A stretch of DNA of 64,000 nucleotides from Desulfobacterales bacterium (GCA_963668645.2 CAXXWC010000010.1:64001-128000); one strand, 5' to 3'. Positions 42,544-53,123 are shown, counted from the stretch's first letter. Notes: generated from the letters alone by a model not told the origin. A program made the numbers and translations.

Positions 42544-45500
42544 ATGCCCCGAACACCCGTTAAATCCAAGTTCACCCCGCCAGCCCTGCCCCCGCTGGTG
42601 GAACGCCGTGGCCTGTTTCGGCGACTGCACGCCGGACGCGACCGGCGGGTGGTCCTGATCCTCGGCCAGCCTGCGCAGGGCAAGTCGACCCTCGTGGCCG
42701 CCTACACGGCGGCGGCCGGAATCCCGACGGCATGGCTCCACCTCGACCGGAAAGCGGCGGATGCGCGCACCTGCTTCAATCTGCTGGGCCACGCCTTGAC
42801 GCGTCTGTCGAAAGATTCAACGCCCCTTGGCTATCCAAACGGTTCGAAGCCGGCCAAGGTTTCCGGCCGCAAAGAAATACGCTGGCAGGAACGGCTTGAA
42901 CCGCTGATGGCCTGCATTGCCGCGCCCGCAGCCATTGTATTGGATGGAATCGACCGGCTGGGCCCCCAGGCCGGGGCCCTCGAATTGATCGCGACCCTCG
43001 TGGCGGTGGTACCCAATGGGGTTCAGATTCATCTGATCTCCCGCCGGCCGCCGCCTTTGAAGCTCCAGCGGCTTCGGATCCGCCGCCAGCTGATGACACT
43101 TGAAAACGCCGATCTGGCCTTTGATTCCGAGGAGATCCGGCTTTTTTTCACCCTCCAGAGCGATATCGTCCTCAACGAGGCCCAGGTGGATAGGATCGTC
43201 CAAGCGACCGACGGCTGGGTCGGGGGGCTGGTGCTCATCGCCGAGACCTTGGGACGATTTGCCGCCGATCGGCGTTGCGCCCTGATCGACGAGAACCTGA
43301 CCGATCTGCTCAATCAGGCCACTCTGGCCTACTTTGCGGAAGAAGTTTTCAGCGGCCAGCCGCGCGCCATCCAGACCTTCCTAACCCGCACCTCACTGCT
43401 CGAAATCGTCGAACCGGAAATCGCGGCCCGCCTCACCGGGGTGCACGACGCTCGGTCCGTCCTCGACGATTTGGTGGCATGCAACCTGTTCACCCAGGTT
43501 CTCTACGCCGGTTCACGCCAGGCAGGATATCGCTACAACCCGCTTTTCCGAAATTTTTTACAGCATCAATTCCATCACACCGTCGATCCCGACCGCCGGG
43601 CCCGGCTGCTCCAGAAAGCAGGGAAGATTTACGCAGATCGTGAGGAATACCGTCCGGCGGTGGACTATTTACTGCAGGCCGGCGCCTTCGGCATGGCCAC
43701 CGAGCTGATCCTGCAGGCAGCGGTGGACCTGACCATCGGCGGGCGCCATGAAGAGCTGGGACGCTGGATCGCCTCGGTTCCCGACACCCGCCGCCGCACG
43801 GATCCTTGGCTTATGCTGTGGCAGGCCGTCGCCCAGCGCCGGCCGGGTGAAACCCTGGCACTGGAAGACCTGGAGCTGGCCCGAGTCCATTTTCAATCCC
43901 AGGACGATCCCCGCGGCCGCTGTCTGACTCTGGCCTACCTCATCGAGGCCGGCGTGTTTCAGGTCGTGGACGCCGCTCGCCTGGCCCCCTGGCTGGAGGA
44001 AGGTGAAGCGCTGCTCAAGGAGCTGGGACATTATCCTTACTATCACTATGCCAAGGCCCTGCTCTGGGTTCAGCTCGGGCTGGCCCACACCTTCAGCACC
44101 GGCGACTTGAACAAGGGAATTTCCGCCTGCCGCAACGCCGCAGTGCTCGCCCGGCAGATCGGGGATCATACCCTGGAGTTAAATGCCACCCTCATTCCGG
44201 TCTCGGCCCTGGCTGCCAAAGGCGAATTTCAGGCGGCCGAGCAGGCTCTGGCATGCTGCGAAGGCCACCTGCGTGCGAACATCTATCCCGAATACCGGGT
44301 GTTGAACCATCTGATTCGGATGCAGATGATGCTCTACCGGGGCGATCTGGCCAAGGCCGGACGCAGCCTGGAAAAGATCCGCATCGATCTGGAAAACCTC
44401 GGACTGCTCTTTCTCTATCCCCTCTTTGTGGAATCCAGCGGATTGTTGCAGGTCTACCAGGGAAACCATGCCGAGGCGGGCACCACGGCGCGCCACCTGA
44501 TGGATGTCGCCGTCATGACCGGCAACCGCCGCATCGAGGCCCAGGCCTTAAGGCTGCGCGCCCAGGTTCATTACTTCAGGGGCGCCTACGATTGTGCGGC
44601 CCGTGATATCGCGCAGGCCCTGGATCTTCTGGCCGGTTCGCCGCACGGCGATTTTTGCCTTTTTCAATCTCTTTTGCTCCAGGGAATCGTGGCGTGCCAC
44701 CGCCAGGACCACAGCCTCTGCCGGAAAGCGCTGGCAGCCGCACACCAGGAATTCGTCCGGATGGGAGCCCCCATGGCGATGGCCGAAAGCCATCTGGCCC
44801 AAGCCCTGGTGGCCGAATCCCGCGCCGCCCATGACGAGGTCCGGCGCCATCTGACCGAAGGGTTGGGGATTATCCTGGAACGCGAGTACCGGCAGGTGAT
44901 GGTTCTGCGGCCGGCTGATCTGGCGGCCGCCTGCCGTCTGGCGATCACACGGGGAATCCAGAGCCGCGGCGAGGGCCTCCAATGGCTTTTATCCCAGATG
45001 GGACCGGCCTTACCGGCCGCTGAAGCACCGGGCCGCCCCCAGCCCAAGAGTACGGCGGTGATGATCAGCGCCGAAGCCCACCGATCCCGCCTGCCCCATC
45101 TGTCGATCCGGACCTTCGGCGGATTTGCCGTACATCGTCAAGGCACCACGATCGTGGACGGCAATGAATGGCACGGCCATCAACCCAAATTGCTGCTCAA
45201 ATCCATCGTGGCCCATGGCGGCCGGAATGTACCCAGGGACGTCCTTATCGAGGACCTATGGCCCAACACGGATGCGGATGCGGCGTTGCGGCGCTTCAAG
45301 GTCACCTTGCACCGCTTGCGGCGAACCCTCGAACCGAAAATGAACCAGAATTTCGGATGGGCCTACGTCCATCTCAAGGACAACCTGGTAACCCTGGACG
45401 AAGAACTGTGCCGCATCGATGTTACCGCCTTTCACCAACTGTGCAGGCGTTTGCGGCGGATCGAACCGTTGGGCGCCGACGAGAAGGCCCTGGGGCTCTG

Positions 45501-45876
45501 CCAGCAAATCCGGGACCTCTACCGGGGCGATTTTTTGCCCGAAGAACCCTATGCCCCGTGGGTGGAGGTCAAACGCGCACTTTTGCGCGACGATTTCGTG
45601 CGGGTTCTGGAACGTATGGTCGAAATTCTCGAACGCCGTCAAGACATCGATACACTCATCGAGGCTCTCAAGGCCATGATTCAGATCGCACCGGCCCGCG
45701 ACGATATCCGCCGGCGTCTGATGCACTGGTACGATCATCGCGGCGACCATGCCATGGCCCTAGCGGTATACCGTGATTTTCACACTTTCCTCTCCGTCGA
45801 TCTGGACGTGGCGCCCGATCCGGAAACCACGGCCCTTTATCACCGCCTGCGGGCCATATCTTCACAGGACAATTAG
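42544..45876 (+). CDS. MalT-like ATPase/TPR transcriptional activator with C-terminal wHTH-BTAD (SARP-type) domains
   Basis: SKFTPP...R..L, GQPAQGKST, ISR..P, T.GW..GL, YFAEEV; C-terminal IRTFGGF, EDLWP, LHRLRRTLEP, YRGDFL, P.PET..LY. GTG 42532 is an alternative start. Confidence 0.88.
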   Translation: MPRTPVKSKFTPPALPPLVERRGLFRRLHAGRDRRVVLILGQPAQGKSTLVAAYTAAAGIPTAWLHLDRKAADARTCFNLLGHALTRLSKDSTPLGYPNGSKPAKVSGRKEIRWQERLEPLMACIAAPAAIVLDGIDRLGPQAGALELIATLVAVVPNGVQIHLISRRPPPLKLQRLRIRRQLMTLENADLAFDSEEIRLFFTLQSDIVLNEAQVDRIVQATDGWVGGLVLIAETLGRFAADRRCALIDENLTDLLNQATLAYFAEEVFSGQPRAIQTFLTRTSLLEIVEPEIAARLTGVHDARSVLDDLVACNLFTQVLYAGSRQAGYRYNPLFRNFLQHQFHHTVDPDRRARLLQKAGKIYADREEYRPAVDYLLQAGAFGMATELILQAAVDLTIGGRHEELGRWIASVPDTRRRTDPWLMLWQAVAQRRPGETLALEDLELARVHFQSQDDPRGRCLTLAYLIEAGVFQVVDAARLAPWLEEGEALLKELGHYPYYHYAKALLWVQLGLAHTFSTGDLNKGISACRNAAVLARQIGDHTLELNATLIPVSALAAKGEFQAAEQALACCEGHLRANIYPEYRVLNHLIRMQMMLYRGDLAKAGRSLEKIRIDLENLGLLFLYPLFVESSGLLQVYQGNHAEAGTTARHLMDVAVMTGNRRIEAQALRLRAQVHYFRGAYDCAARDIAQALDLLAGSPHGDFCLFQSLLLQGIVACHRQDHSLCRKALAAAHQEFVRMGAPMAMAESHLAQALVAESRAAHDEVRRHLTEGLGIILEREYRQVMVLRPADLAAACRLAITRGIQSRGEGLQWLLSQMGPALPAAEAPGRPQPKSTAVMISAEAHRSRLPHLSIRTFGGFAVHRQGTTIVDGNEWHGHQPKLLLKSIVAHGGRNVPRDVLIEDLWPNTDADAALRRFKVTLHRLRRTLEPKMNQNFGWAYVHLKDNLVTLDEELCRIDVTAFHQLCRRLRRIEPLGADEKALGLCQQIRDLYRGDFLPEEPYAPWVEVKRALLRDDFVRVLERMVEILERRQDIDTLIEALKAMIQIAPARDDIRRRLMHWYDHRGDHAMALAVYRDFHTFLSVDLDVAPDPETTALYHRLRAISSQDN

Positions 45877-45910
45877 AAAAGTCTGCCTTCCGGTTCTTGC
45901 TGCAGCGCGT

Positions 45911-45939
45911 GTAACCCGTTTGGTAACCATTTTGTAACC
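45911..45939 (+). promoter_or_regulatory. Three direct GTAACC repeats at 12 and 11 bp spacing, candidate activator site upstream of fdhA
   Basis: GTAACC at 45911, 45923 and 45934. Confidence 0.6.
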
Positions 45940-46199
45940 TCCCTCCTGATAGCCTTCATTTCAGGCTGGAAGAAAGGGGAACCTTCCAGCCGGTCGCACG
46001 GGTGCAGGAGCGATCGGCGGTTGAAAAGGTATGGGCACCGCCTTGCGAGTGGCGTGACCGGTAGCTCTTGCACCCCCCGAAACGATCAAACCCTTTGGTT
46101 CAAATGGTCTACCGCCTTTCGGATCCGGGAAATGGCGCCCGCATTGAGCCGCCCCAGGTTGTTGAAAGGCAAACCGCAACCCAGCAGGAGGGACCCATC

Positions 46200-49100
46200 A
46201 TGGATGTCAGCCGCAGAAAATTCATCCAAATTTCCGGAGCCGCAGCCGCAGGTGCGGCCGTGAGCCGTCTGGGTTTCGATCTTCGGCCGATCCAGGCCCA
46301 CGCCCAGACGCTCAAGATCCGGTACGCCAAGGAGACGACCACCATCTGCTGCTACTGCGCGGTGGGCTGCGGGGCCATCGTGCACACCAGCCGCCGCGGC
46401 GACGGCCGGGTAATCAACATCGAAGGCGACCCGGACCACGTCATCAATCGCGGGGCGCTCTGCTCCAAGGGAGCCGCGCTCAAGCAGCTGGCCGAAAACG
46501 AAAACCGGGCTACCGAACCGATGTACCGCGCCCCGTTCTCCGACCGCTGGCAGACGGTTTCCTGGGACTGGGCGCTTTCCAGAATCGCCGAGCGGGTCAA
46601 GGAGACCCGCGATGCCTCTTTTACCGCCCAAAACGCCGCCGGCCAACCGGTCAACCGCACCATGGCCATCGCCTCGGTGGGATCGGCGGCCATGGACAAT
46701 GAGGAATGCTGGCTCTACCAGGCGCTGCTGCGATCCCTGGGGCTGGTTTACATCGAGCATCAGGCCAGGATCTGACACAGCGCCACGGTTGCGGCTCTGG
46801 CAGAGTCGTTCGGACGCGGCGCGATGACCAATCACTGGATCGACATTCAAAACAGTGATTGCATTCTGATCATGGGCAGCAACGCTGCCGAAAACCATCC
46901 CATCAGCTTCAAGTACGTCTCGGCCGCCATGGCCCGGGGAGCCAAGCTGATCAACGTGGATCCCCGTTTTACCCGCACTTCGAGCAAGGCTGACATCTAT
47001 GCCCCGCTGCGCAGCGGCACGGACATCGCCTTTCTCGGCGGCATGATCAAGTACATTCTGGACAACGATCTGTACAACCGGGATTACGTGGCCGCCTACA
47101 CCAACGCCCCGTTCCTCGTCAGCCCGGACTTCAAGTTCAAAGACGGGCTCTTTTCGGGCTACCGCAAGACCCCCGAGGGTCCCGGCCTGGGCGTTTATGA
47201 TAAGAAGAGCTGGGCATACCAGACCGGCGGCGATGGGGTGCCCAGGATGGACCGCAGCCTCAAAGACCGGCAATGCGTCTTCCAACTGCTCAAGAAGCAC
47301 TTCTCGCGCTACGATACCAAGACCGTCTCGCGGGTGACCGGAACCCCTGAAAACCTGCTGCAAACCGTCTATCAAACCTATGCCGCCACCGGGGCCCGGG
47401 GCAAGGCCGGCACCATCATGTACGCCATGGGCTGGACCCAGCACACCCACGGGACCCAGAACATCCGCGCCATGTCCATTATCCAGCTGCTGCTGGGCAA
47501 CATGGGGGTTGCCGGCGGCGGGGTCAACGCCCTGCGCGGCGAGTCCAATGTCCAGGGGTCCACCGACCACTGCCTGCTCTACCATATCTGGCCCGGGTAC
47601 CTGGCCACGCCGAGCACCAAGTGGCCCAAACTGGCCGATTACCTCGCCCGCCGGCCCCAGAGCAAGGACCCGCTTTCGGCCAACTGGTGGCAAAACGAAC
47701 CCAAGTACATGGTCAGCCTGCTCAAGTCCTTCTTCGGCGAGGCGGCCACGGCCGAAAACGACTTCGGCTACGACTGGGTGCCCAAGCTCGACGCGGGCAA
47801 CGGCAACTACACCTGGCTCGACATCTTCGATGCCATGCACGAAGGCAAGATCCGGGGCTTCTTCGCCTGGGGGCAGAACCCGGCCTGTTCCGGGGCCAAC
47901 AGCAACAAGACCCGCGAGGCCATGGGCCGCCTGGAATGGATGGTCAACGTCAACCTCTTCGACAACGAGACCGGCAGCTTCTGGAAAGGACCGGGGATGG
48001 TGCCGGCCGATATCAAGACCGAAGTCTTCTTTTTGCCGGCCTGCGTCTCGGTGGAAAAGGAGGGGAGCATCACCAACAGCGGGCGCTGGATGCAGTGGCG
48101 CTACGCCGGGCCCCGGCCCCTGGGCAACAGCCGGCCCGACGGGGACATCATCCTGGAGTTGGGCCACAGGATCAAGGCGCTTTACAAAGCCGGCGGCACC
48201 TTTGCCGAGCCCATCGTCAACCTCAAGTGGGATTACGAAACCGGCGGGGCCTACGATCCGCACAAGCTGGCCAAGGAGATCAACGGGTATTTTCTAAAAG
48301 ACGTCACCATCAAGGAGACCACCTATAAAAAAGGGACCCTGGTGCCGAGCTTCGCCTTTTTGCAGGCCGACGGTTCGACCTCATCGGGCAACTGGCTCTA
48401 CTGCAACAGCTACACCGAGAAAGGCAACATGGCGGCCCGGCGCAGCGGCAAAGATGCAGTCAACGGCATCGGTCTCTACCCCGGGTTCGCCTGGTGCTGG
48501 CCGGTGAACCGGCGCATCATCTACAACCGGGCGTCGGTGGACCTCAAAGGCCAGCCCTGGGACACCGACCAGTGGGTGATCCGTTGGAACGGTCAAAAAT
48601 GGGAGGGGGACGTACCCGACGGCGGCTGGCCGCCCCTGGAAAACCTCGAAAAACCCAACTCCAAAAGCAAGTATCCGTTTATCATGCTGCCCCACGGCCA
48701 CGGCCAGATATTCGGCCCGGGGCGCAACGACGGCCCCTTCCCCGAACACTACGAGCCCCTGGAATGCCCAGTGGAGAAAAACTACCTCAATCCCCAGCGG
48801 GTCAATCCCACCGCGGCGGTCTACGGCGGCAAGATGGATGCATGGGCCACCTGCGATCCGCGCTACCCCTACGTGGGCACCACCTACCGGGTCAGCGAGC
48901 ACTGGCAGACCGGACTGATGACCCGCCCCCAGCCCTGGCTACTGGAGCTTCAACCCCAGGTTTTCGTGGAGATGAGCGAGGAGTTGGCCAAACTCAAGCA
49001 GATCGCCAACGGCGAGCGGGTCCTGGTGGAAAGCGCCCGAGGGAAGCTGGAGGCCACCGCCATCGTCACCCGGCGTTTTGCCCCGTTCAAGCTCGGTGAC

Positions 49101-49259
49101 CTCACCGTCCACCAGGTCGGTGTGCCGTGGCACTTCGGTTGGCGCTGGCCCGAGTCGGGCAAGGAGGAAAGCGCCAACCTGCTGACCCCCTCGGCCGGGG
49201 ACCCCAACACCCGCATTCCGGAAACCAAGGCCTTCATGGTCAACGTGACCAAGCTATAG
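46200..49259 (+). CDS. fdhA: Selenocysteine-containing Mo/W formate dehydrogenase alpha subunit, Tat-exported (1019 aa with UGA read-through)
   Basis: Tat SRRKFIQ, CCYCAVGC, in-frame TGA 46773-46775 in EHQARI-U-HSATV, then FGRGAMTNHW, LRGESNVQG, PFPEHYEP. The two track ORFs share one frame. Confidence 0.96.
46776..46815 (+). promoter_or_regulatory. Bacterial SECIS element
   Basis: Hairpin GCGGCTCT-GGC-AGAGTCGT (46791-46809) with a G-containing apical loop, starting 15 nt after the UGA. Confidence 0.8.
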
Positions 49260-49275
49260 AAAGGAGGTGATCCAG

Positions 49276-49995
49276 ATGGCCAAAGCCTTTTTCGTCGATA
49301 CCACCCTGTGCACGGCCTGCCGCGCCTGCCAGGTGGCCTGCAAGCAATGGCATGACCTGCCGGCCGAAGAGACCCGAAACCGGGGAACCTTTCAAAACCC
49401 GCCGGATCTCTCCTTCGACACCTACAAGTTGGTGCGTATGACCGAAACCGTCATCGACGGCAAGCTGGAGTGGCTTTTTTTCCCGGATCAGTGCCGCCAC
49501 TGTCTCGAGGCCCCCTGTCTGGAAACGGTGGCCGATCCGGACCAGATCTACCGGGATCCGGAGACCGGCGCCGTCATCTACACCGGACGCACCCGTGACG
49601 CCGAAGCCGATGACGTCATCGCTTCATGCCCCTATAATATCCCCCGCAAGGGAGCCGACGGGAGTCTGACCAAGTGCGACATGTGCAGCGACCGGGTCCA
49701 CGAGGGGATGCTGCCGGCCTGCGTCAAGACATGCCCGACCGGGGCGATGAACTTCGGTGAACGTTCGACCGTGCTCGATATGGCCCAACAGCGACTGGAG
49801 GTAGTAAAAAAACGCTATCCCGGCGCCAAACTGCTTGATCCGGACATGGTCGCGGTGATTTACCTGGTGGCCCATGACCCGGCCCGGTACCACGAGTTCG
49901 CCGTGGCCGGCCGGAACCCGGCGGGCTGCACACGGCATATGGCCCTGCGCCGCATGGTGCGCCCCCTTAGCGCCGCCGTCTCGCGGCTGGTCTGA
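49276..49995 (+). CDS. fdhB: Formate dehydrogenase iron-sulfur (beta) subunit
   Basis: CTACRACQVACK, QCRHCLEAPC, CPYNIP, KCDMC..R...PACVKTCPTGA; AGGAGG RBS. Confidence 0.93.
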   Translation: MAKAFFVDTTLCTACRACQVACKQWHDLPAEETRNRGTFQNPPDLSFDTYKLVRMTETVIDGKLEWLFFPDQCRHCLEAPCLETVADPDQIYRDPETGAVIYTGRTRDAEADDVIASCPYNIPRKGADGSLTKCDMCSDRVHEGMLPACVKTCPTGAMNFGERSTVLDMAQQRLEVVKKRYPGAKLLDPDMVAVIYLVAHDPARYHEFAVAGRNPAGCTRHMALRRMVRPLSAAVSRLV

Positions 49996-50007
49996 GATCG
50001 CCCCAGG

Positions 50008-50034
50008 AAGGGAGGCAGCCCGCCTCCCTTTTTT
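50008..50034 (+). terminator. Rho-independent terminator between fdhB and fdhE
   Basis: AAGGGAGGC-AGCCC-GCCTCCCTT followed by TTTT. Confidence 0.75.
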
Positions 50035-50074
50035 ATCCTTCCGGCCTGCCCGCCATCGAGGCAGAAAGAAGATC

Positions 50075-50959
50075 ATGATGGAAGTCCTGGAAAATCCAAG
50101 CCCCGCCGAGATCGAAACGACCATTGCCAAAGCGCGCGCAGCCATGCCGGCCTACTCGGATCTGCTGGCCTTTTATGAAGCGATTTTCAAGGTTCAGGCC
50201 GAAAGGCGAAATTCAATCTCCCCGGCTTCCATCCCCATCGACGCAAGCCGGGCGGCCATCGCCCATAAGGAGGGATTCCCGCTGGCAACACCCGCCGGGC
50301 TGCCCGGGGATATCGCCCACGGCGCTGATCTTCTCGGCCGCCTATGCCGGGCGGTGGAAGGTCTCAAGGCCGAGCCGGCGCGCTCGGCCGCTGCGATTGG
50401 CGCTGCCCTGGATTCAGGGCGCCTGGAGGCCCGGACCCTGCTGGAGGCCCGCCTGGAGATGGACGCCGCGCGCCTAGAGGCCATGGCGGCGCAACTGGCT
50501 GTTGCCGAGGAAGTCTTGATTTTTTTTGCCGATCAGAGCCTCACCCCCTTGCGGATCGCGGCCCGGCGGCAGCTTGCCGATTATTTGAAAACGGACCAGG
50601 AATGGCCCAACGGCTGCTGCCCGATTTGCGGCAGCCCGCCGGCTTTGGGGGACTTGGCAGAAAACGGCCGGCGGCACCTGAATTGCGGCGCTTGCGGGTA
50701 TCGGTGGCCTTGCCGGCGGGTGCACTGCGTCCAGTGTGGCCAGGCGGACCCGGCCAGACTCTTCTACTTTTACAGCGACGAGGAGCCCGCCTACCGGGTC
50801 GATGCCTGCGATGGCTGCCGGCATTATATCAAAACGGTGGACCTGCGCCGCCTGGGGCGGCCCTTCTTCGCCCCCCTGGAGCAGGTGCTCACCACCCATC
50901 TCGATCTGCTGGCCGCCGAACAGGGGCTTTCACCGGTGACGGGCAGCTCTTTTGAGTAA
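50075..50959 (+). CDS. fdhE: Formate dehydrogenase accessory protein FdhE
   Basis: CPICGS.P, R.L.CGAC...W...R..CVQCG, RVDACDGC..YIKT.D. Confidence 0.9.
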   Translation: MMEVLENPSPAEIETTIAKARAAMPAYSDLLAFYEAIFKVQAERRNSISPASIPIDASRAAIAHKEGFPLATPAGLPGDIAHGADLLGRLCRAVEGLKAEPARSAAAIGAALDSGRLEARTLLEARLEMDAARLEAMAAQLAVAEEVLIFFADQSLTPLRIAARRQLADYLKTDQEWPNGCCPICGSPPALGDLAENGRRHLNCGACGYRWPCRRVHCVQCGQADPARLFYFYSDEEPAYRVDACDGCRHYIKTVDLRRLGRPFFAPLEQVLTTHLDLLAAEQGLSPVTGSSFE

Positions 50960-50990
50960 ACCGGGCCGGTCACCTTCGAGTCATCCACCG

Positions 50991-53123
50991 CTATTGCAGA
51001 TCAACGGACGCGTCATCAAACGCCTGGTGGGGACGATCCGCCACGACGGGGAAGGTGATGTGGAAGCAGGTGCCGGTGCCCTCCATGCTCTCCACCCGCA
51101 TCCGGCCATGGTAATCTTGCACGATCCCCGAAGAAATCGAAAGCCCCAGGCCCATGCCCTCCCCCATCTCCTTGGTGGTGAAAAACGCCTCGAAGATCCG
51201 CTCCTGATCCTCTTTCGGGATACCGATCCCGTTGTCGCACACTTCTATCGAGGCCTTGTCCCGGTCGTGCCAGGTGCGGATACGGATCCACCGGTCGCCG
51301 CTTTCACCGTCCAATTCAGGTTTCTGGTTGATGGCATCGCGGGCGTTGGTCACCAGGTTGAAAACGACCTGCTGTAAGCGGTTGTGCTGGGCCAGAATCA
51401 GGGGCGGGTCGGCGTCCAGCTCAAGCTCGATACGGATATTCTGCAGGTTTAGCTGCCTGCCGAGCATGCCCAGGACGCTTTGAATCGGCTGGTTGAGGCT
51501 GATCTGCTCCCTGCCGAAATCGCTTTTGCGGCCGAAATCTCTCAACCGTTGAACGATATCGGCGGCGCGGTCCACCTGGCGGCTGATCTCGTCGCCGACC
51601 TGGTGCAAATCTGCCTGCGCGATGGACTGCCCGCCTTCGACCATCATGGCAAGAAAGTCGGCGCCCATCTTGATGGCGTTCAGCGGCTGGTTCAGTTCGT
51701 GGGCAATGCCGGCTGAGACTTCACCGAGGGTTTTCATCTTGCTGACCTGGATCAACTGGTTGTCTTTTTCCACCATCTCGGTGATGTCGGTGGTGGCCAC
51801 GATCAGCGCTTCGCGTTCGGTATAGGCCACCGGGCAGGCATGCACATTGACATAAAATGGAATCTGGCCGCTTCTCAAAAAGCGAACCTTGGAACTGACC
51901 ACCATCGTTTGCCGCAGCCCGGCCATCCCGGCCACCTTGCGCAGATCGGTCTCGATCTCCAGCGCTCCCAGCTCCGGAAAGAGCCGCCCGACAAGCTTCG
52001 CCCGCGGGTACCCGTAAGTTTTTTCGGCGCTGGGATTGGCATCCAGGATCTTTAGCGAATAGCGATCAATGACGAAGATCGGATTCGGTCCACTATCGAA
52101 GAGCGAACGGTATTTTTCTTCGCTTTGATGCAACCGTTCCTGGGAAATGCGGATCCGATAGGTCATGTGAATGAACGAGCTGGCCAGATTGCCCAGTTCG
52201 TCGCGCATGCCGCGGCGATAGACGCCGCAGGTCCTGCAGGTATCGATCTTTTCGGTAAAGGGGCGCGCACGGCCCGTTTCATCCGGGGTCCCGTCGAGAT
52301 GCCAGCAGGGAACGTCGGGCGTGGCCGGTGCCGGGCACTGCCGGGACTTGCAGCTTCTGATCTGCCAGCAGTGCAGGTGCCGGCTGCGGGGCTGGGCCAC
52401 ATCGAAGCTGCCGCGGCTGATGGCATCCGACAAGCGGGTCAGCTCGGATATGGGACGGGTGATGTAGCGGGCCAGAAAGTTGCTGATGATGAAAAAGATC
52501 ACCGTAACCACGGACACGAAACCGACGAAGGTGGTGCGCAGCTTGCCGATCAGTTGATCGATGTGGCGCTTGTCGATGCCCAGGTGGACGCTGCCGATCC
52601 AGTAAATCCCCTCGGTGACCGGGACCGCCACATCGTAGATCTGCTGCGAGCCGTTGCGCAAAAGCCGGATGCTGTTGGCCGCTTCTTCGGCGATGGGGTT
52701 GGCCGCGGCCAGATCGACGGGAAATGGCCGGGTAAAGGTATGGGCCAGAATGCGGCCGCGCTTGTCCAGAACGAAAACATAGCTGACCAGGGCCTTGCGC
52801 TCGCCCAGGCGCACGTCAAAAAGCCGCCCGGTAAGGCTGGCGGCATCGGCGGTCAGGATGTCACTGCGGCTGCTTTCGGCAACGCTCTGGGCGATCCCGA
52901 CCCCCCGCAGCTTCAACTCCGAGGTGAGGCTGGAGATGAGAATCCAGCGGGTGAAAAGGGCGATCAGGACACTGATGAGCAGGATAACGGCGGTGGTGGA
53001 AAAATAGATCTTGTTTTTCAGGCTGATGTGCTCGAAGCGGTCGATGAGCCAACTGAAAAGGCCGCGCCTGGCGGCCGGATATCCAAGGCGGGCCGGTGGA
53101 GTGGTCGTTTCTGGATTAACCAT
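50991..53123 (-). CDS. HAMP/PAS sensor histidine kinase with a Cys-rich insertion in the HAMP domain
   Basis: Two TM, HAMP halves (RPISEL... / DELGNLA.SF..M), PAS, IAHELNQP, NLVTNARDA, DNGIGI, GMGLGL. Confidence 0.92.
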   Translation of the reverse strand: MVNPETTTPPARLGYPAARRGLFSWLIDRFEHISLKNKIYFSTTAVILLISVLIALFTRWILISSLTSELKLRGVGIAQSVAESSRSDILTADAASLTGRLFDVRLGERKALVSYVFVLDKRGRILAHTFTRPFPVDLAAANPIAEEAANSIRLLRNGSQQIYDVAVPVTEGIYWIGSVHLGIDKRHIDQLIGKLRTTFVGFVSVVTVIFFIISNFLARYITRPISELTRLSDAISRGSFDVAQPRSRHLHCWQIRSCKSRQCPAPATPDVPCWHLDGTPDETGRARPFTEKIDTCRTCGVYRRGMRDELGNLASSFIHMTYRIRISQERLHQSEEKYRSLFDSGPNPIFVIDRYSLKILDANPSAEKTYGYPRAKLVGRLFPELGALEIETDLRKVAGMAGLRQTMVVSSKVRFLRSGQIPFYVNVHACPVAYTEREALIVATTDITEMVEKDNQLIQVSKMKTLGEVSAGIAHELNQPLNAIKMGADFLAMMVEGGQSIAQADLHQVGDEISRQVDRAADIVQRLRDFGRKSDFGREQISLNQPIQSVLGMLGRQLNLQNIRIELELDADPPLILAQHNRLQQVVFNLVTNARDAINQKPELDGESGDRWIRIRTWHDRDKASIEVCDNGIGIPKEDQERIFEAFFTTKEMGEGMGLGLSISSGIVQDYHGRMRVESMEGTGTCFHITFPVVADRPHQAFDDASVDLQ

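Noticed and set aside
46150..46190. c-di-GMP-I or Moco riboswitch in the fdhA leader (GAAAGGCAAACC)
   Set aside because: Only a fragment matches and I could not build the required stems by eye; an Infernal/Rfam search is needed.
12744..48263. Long antisense or alternate-frame ORFs (e.g. 12744-14438+, 20281-22428+, 22783-24525+, 28520-30154+, 46086-48263-)
   Set aside because: They shadow well-supported genes, show no family motifs, and are expected from high GC3 codon bias.
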